Assembly: GCA_963806905.1 (NCBI GenBank) | Contig: CAWEAA010000008.1 | Location: 588,336 to 652,335, forward strand | Reading direction: 5' to 3' | DNA from: an uncultured Verrucomicrobiae bacterium | GTDB lineage: Bacteria > Verrucomicrobiota > Verrucomicrobiia > Limisphaerales > UBA11358 | DNA: 64,000 nt | Shown here: piece after piece, positions 61,626 through 64,000 of the stretch | Layout of the letters: the number at the start of each line of letters is the position of its first letter | Position numbering within the stretch: the stretch's first letter is position 1 | Translations under genes and position numbers: made by a program | Notes under the pieces: generated by a model | Seen by the model: only the letters and a program-made list of their open reading frames with translations | What the model was told of the DNA's origin: nothing | Database searches by the model: none

Positions 61626-62581
61626 AGTACGTGACCACAGGTCCCCAAACGCTGGACGATGTTCCAACGGTGCATCGTCTGGTGCAGGGTGACGCCCGCG
61701 ACCTCTCGTTTATCCCCGACGAATCGGTTCATCTCGTTGTCACTTCTCCGCCGTATTGGACCCTGAAACGATACAACGATTCGGAAGGGCAGCTTGGCCA
61801 CGTCCAGGATTTCGAAATGTTTCTCTCGGAATTGAATCGGGTGTGGCACGAAACCTTCCGCATTCTGGTGCCAGGAGGCCGCCTGGTGTGCGTCGTTGGC
61901 GACGTTTGCCTCTCCCGCAAGGAGAACAATGGACGGCATACGGTTGTCCCCTTGCACTCGGAAATCTGCGTGGCGTGCCGCAAGATCGGCTTCGACAATC
62001 TGAACCCGATCATCTGGCACAAAATTTCCAACGCCAGTTATGAAGTGAGCAACGGTTCAAAATTCTTGGGCAAGCCCTACGAACCCAACGCCATCATAAA
62101 AAACGACATCGAGTTCATCCTCATGCAGCGAAAACCCGGCGGCTACCGCAAGCCCACCGAGGAACAGCGCCGGTTAAGCATGATTCCCAAGGACAAGTTC
62201 GACAAATGGTTCCAGCAGTTTTGGACTTTGACCGGAGCATCCACGAAGGAACATCCTGCGCCATATCCGCTCGAACTGGCCTCCCGGCTGGTCCAGATGT
62301 TTTCGTTTGTCGGCGACACGGTCGTGGATCCGTTCTGCGGCACGGCCACGACGATGGTCGCCGCGCTCAAGCATGGACGGAACAGCATCGGGGTGGAACT
62401 CGACACCGCCTACTGCAAGATGGCGGCTTCTCGGCTGATGAACGAGAACGCCTCCCTGTTCGGAAATGCGAAATTACAAATCGAATTCAAGCCGCAGGGT
62501 GCGCTCGCGGACGCGGCGGCAGTTTTAAACGAAACCGGCAGGGAGTACCACACGCGCAAACGCAAGAAAACAAGGCGGTAA
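61622..62581 (+). CDS. DNA methyltransferase, beta-class (N4-cytosine or N6-adenine)
   Basis: 319 aa. Motif IV SPPY (VVTSPPYWTL) precedes motif I (VVDPFCGTATT), the circular permutation of beta-class amino-methyltransferases (PF01555-type). Confidence 0.88.
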   Translation: MKYVTTGPQTLDDVPTVHRLVQGDARDLSFIPDESVHLVVTSPPYWTLKRYNDSEGQLGHVQDFEMFLSELNRVWHETFRILVPGGRLVCVVGDVCLSRKENNGRHTVVPLHSEICVACRKIGFDNLNPIIWHKISNASYEVSNGSKFLGKPYEPNAIIKNDIEFILMQRKPGGYRKPTEEQRRLSMIPKDKFDKWFQQFWTLTGASTKEHPAPYPLELASRLVQMFSFVGDTVVDPFCGTATTMVAALKHGRNSIGVELDTAYCKMAASRLMNENASLFGNAKLQIEFKPQGALADAAAVLNETGREYHTRKRKKTRR

Positions 62582-62719
62582 CATTTAGCCAAAGAAACTC
62601 TTTTTCGTGTGGATGCTGATTGGCGAAAGTATCAACAATCGGAACCGAAAACCGAAACGGCATCTCGATTTCAAATTTTGCCGCTCGCTACTGACCGTGC
62701 CCCATTTTATTCTCAGTCC

Positions 62720-64000
62720 ATGAATCTCCGCCGCGACCAACTCTTCGCGCCGCTGAAACAATACTTCGGCTTCAGTTCGTTCCGTCCGTTGCAGGAGGAA
62801 ATCATCCGTGACTCGCTCGCGGGCCGGGATGTCTTTGCCGTGCTGCCCACGGGTGGCGGCAAGTCGCTGTGCTTTCAACTCCCCGCCCTCGTGCGGCCCG
62901 GACTGACGGTGGTCGTCTCGCCGCTTATTGCGTTGATGAAAGACCAGGTGGACGCGCTCCAGGCGGCGGGCGTGGCGGCAACGTTCCTGAATTCCTCGCT
63001 CGGCGCCGGCGGGTCGCGTCCGCGCTTGCGCGGGCTGCACGCCGGCGAATTCCGGCTGCTTTACGTCGCGCCCGAGCGACTGATGTTGTCCGGGTTCCTC
63101 GATGATTTGAAGCAATGGAACGTGAATCTGTTCGCGATTGACGAGGCGCACTGTATCAGCGAGTGGGGACACGATTTCCGTCCCGAATACCGGCAGCTCT
63201 CCACGTTGCGCGGCCTGTTTCCTGACGTGCCGATGATGGCGCTCACCGCCACGGCCACCGGACGTGTGCGCGAGGACATCGTCAAACAGCTCCCCCTGCG
63301 TTCGCCCGCTTGCTATGTCGCCAGTTTCAACCGCCCGAACCTGACTTACCGCGTCGCGGCCAAGGCCGGCGCGTATGAGCAGATTCTTTCCTACATCCGC
63401 GTGCGGCCGGGCGAGAGCGGGATCGTTTACGTTCAGGCGCGCAAGACGGCGGAGAGCATGGCTGCCAAACTTTCCGCCGACGGCGTGAAGGCGTTGCCGT
63501 ATCACGCGGGCTTGGAAGGCGGCGCGCGTTCACGCCATCAGGAGGCGTTTCTCCGCGACGAGGCGCGCGTCATCTGTGCCACCATTGCGTTCGGCATGGG
63601 CATCAACAAGCCGAACGTGCGCTTCGTGATTCATTATGATTTGCCAAAAAACATCGAAGGTTACTACCAGGAAACCGGCCGCGCGGGGCGCGACGGCCTG
63701 CCCAGCGAATGTCTGCTGCTGTTCAGCCCCGGCGACCGCGTGAAGCAGATGCGGTTCATTGACGAGAAACCCGACGCGAAGGAACGCGACATCGCCCGCG
63801 CACAACTGGAACAGATGATTCATTACGCCGAGGTCGCGACCTGCCGGCGCGAGTTTTTGCTGGGCTATTTCGGAGAAAAATTTGGAGCGCCGGTCTCCGA
63901 CCCGGCGCGTTGCAATGGCGGCTCCGGTCACGCCGGGCCGGAGGCCGGCGCTCCGGTCAATTGCGGCGGATGCGACAACTGCTTCGCGCCGCGGCAGACA
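62720..64000 (+). CDS. recQ: ATP-dependent DNA helicase RecQ (3' end beyond the window)
   Basis: FGFSSFRPLQEEII, LPTGGGKSLCFQLPAL, FAIDEAHCISEWGHDFRPEY, TATAT, AFGMGINKPNVRFVIHYDLPK and the start of the Zn-binding CGGCDNC. Open to the window edge, so absent from the ORF track. Confidence 0.95.
   Translation, partial: MNLRRDQLFAPLKQYFGFSSFRPLQEEIIRDSLAGRDVFAVLPTGGGKSLCFQLPALVRPGLTVVVSPLIALMKDQVDALQAAGVAATFLNSSLGAGGSRPRLRGLHAGEFRLLYVAPERLMLSGFLDDLKQWNVNLFAIDEAHCISEWGHDFRPEYRQLSTLRGLFPDVPMMALTATATGRVREDIVKQLPLRSPACYVASFNRPNLTYRVAAKAGAYEQILSYIRVRPGESGIVYVQARKTAESMAAKLSADGVKALPYHAGLEGGARSRHQEAFLRDEARVICATIAFGMGINKPNVRFVIHYDLPKNIEGYYQETGRAGRDGLPSECLLLFSPGDRVKQMRFIDEKPDAKERDIARAQLEQMIHYAEVATCRREFLLGYFGEKFGAPVSDPARCNGGSGHAGPEAGAPVNCGGCDNCFAPRQT

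Overview
High-GC (about 60%) bacterial chromosomal segment. It is mostly housekeeping and carbohydrate-utilisation genes, interspersed with short repeat families. The repeat types and domain architectures suggest Verrucomicrobiota or a related PVC-group organism, but that is inference from memory and is unverified.

Confident gene calls: secA, lpxI, gnd, katG, aroC, trpA, a mannose-1-P guanylyltransferase, typA/bipA, an EF-G paralog, miaB, a PiT/DUF47 pair, pdxH, gyrA, gyrB and recQ (3' end cut by the window edge). A glycan-utilisation cluster at about 20-32 kb holds an SGNH esterase, DUF5069, a beta-helix protein, a GPH transporter, a GH130 phosphorylase, a GH94 phosphorylase, a CBM-like protein and a GH2.

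No tRNA, rRNA or CRISPR array was recognised.

Most notable observations:
1. An HUH/Y1 (RAYT-like) transposase is bracketed on both sides by inverted doublets of GTAG-headed REP hairpins.
2. A restriction-modification pair has a nuclease gene interrupted by one in-frame TAG that is followed immediately by ATG.
3. An OxyR ortholog divergent from katG, with an intact ATAG-N7-CTAT operator, is also interrupted by one in-frame TAG.
4. A diverged copy of about 125 bp of the gyrA 3' end lies on the far side of an FHA-REC-DUF4388 gene, so gyrA-tail sequences bracket that gene.
5. An orphan gene of about 42% GC is wedged after miaB.
6. Two frameshifts are each explained by one extra C in a poly-C run.
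7. Several phased short-repeat elements (7-, 6- and 10-nt periods) sit in promoter-proximal intergenic regions.
8. A Fur-family-like palindrome lies just upstream of a ZIP metal transporter.

I did not find a clearly novel multi-gene system. All homology statements come from motif recognition, not database searches.
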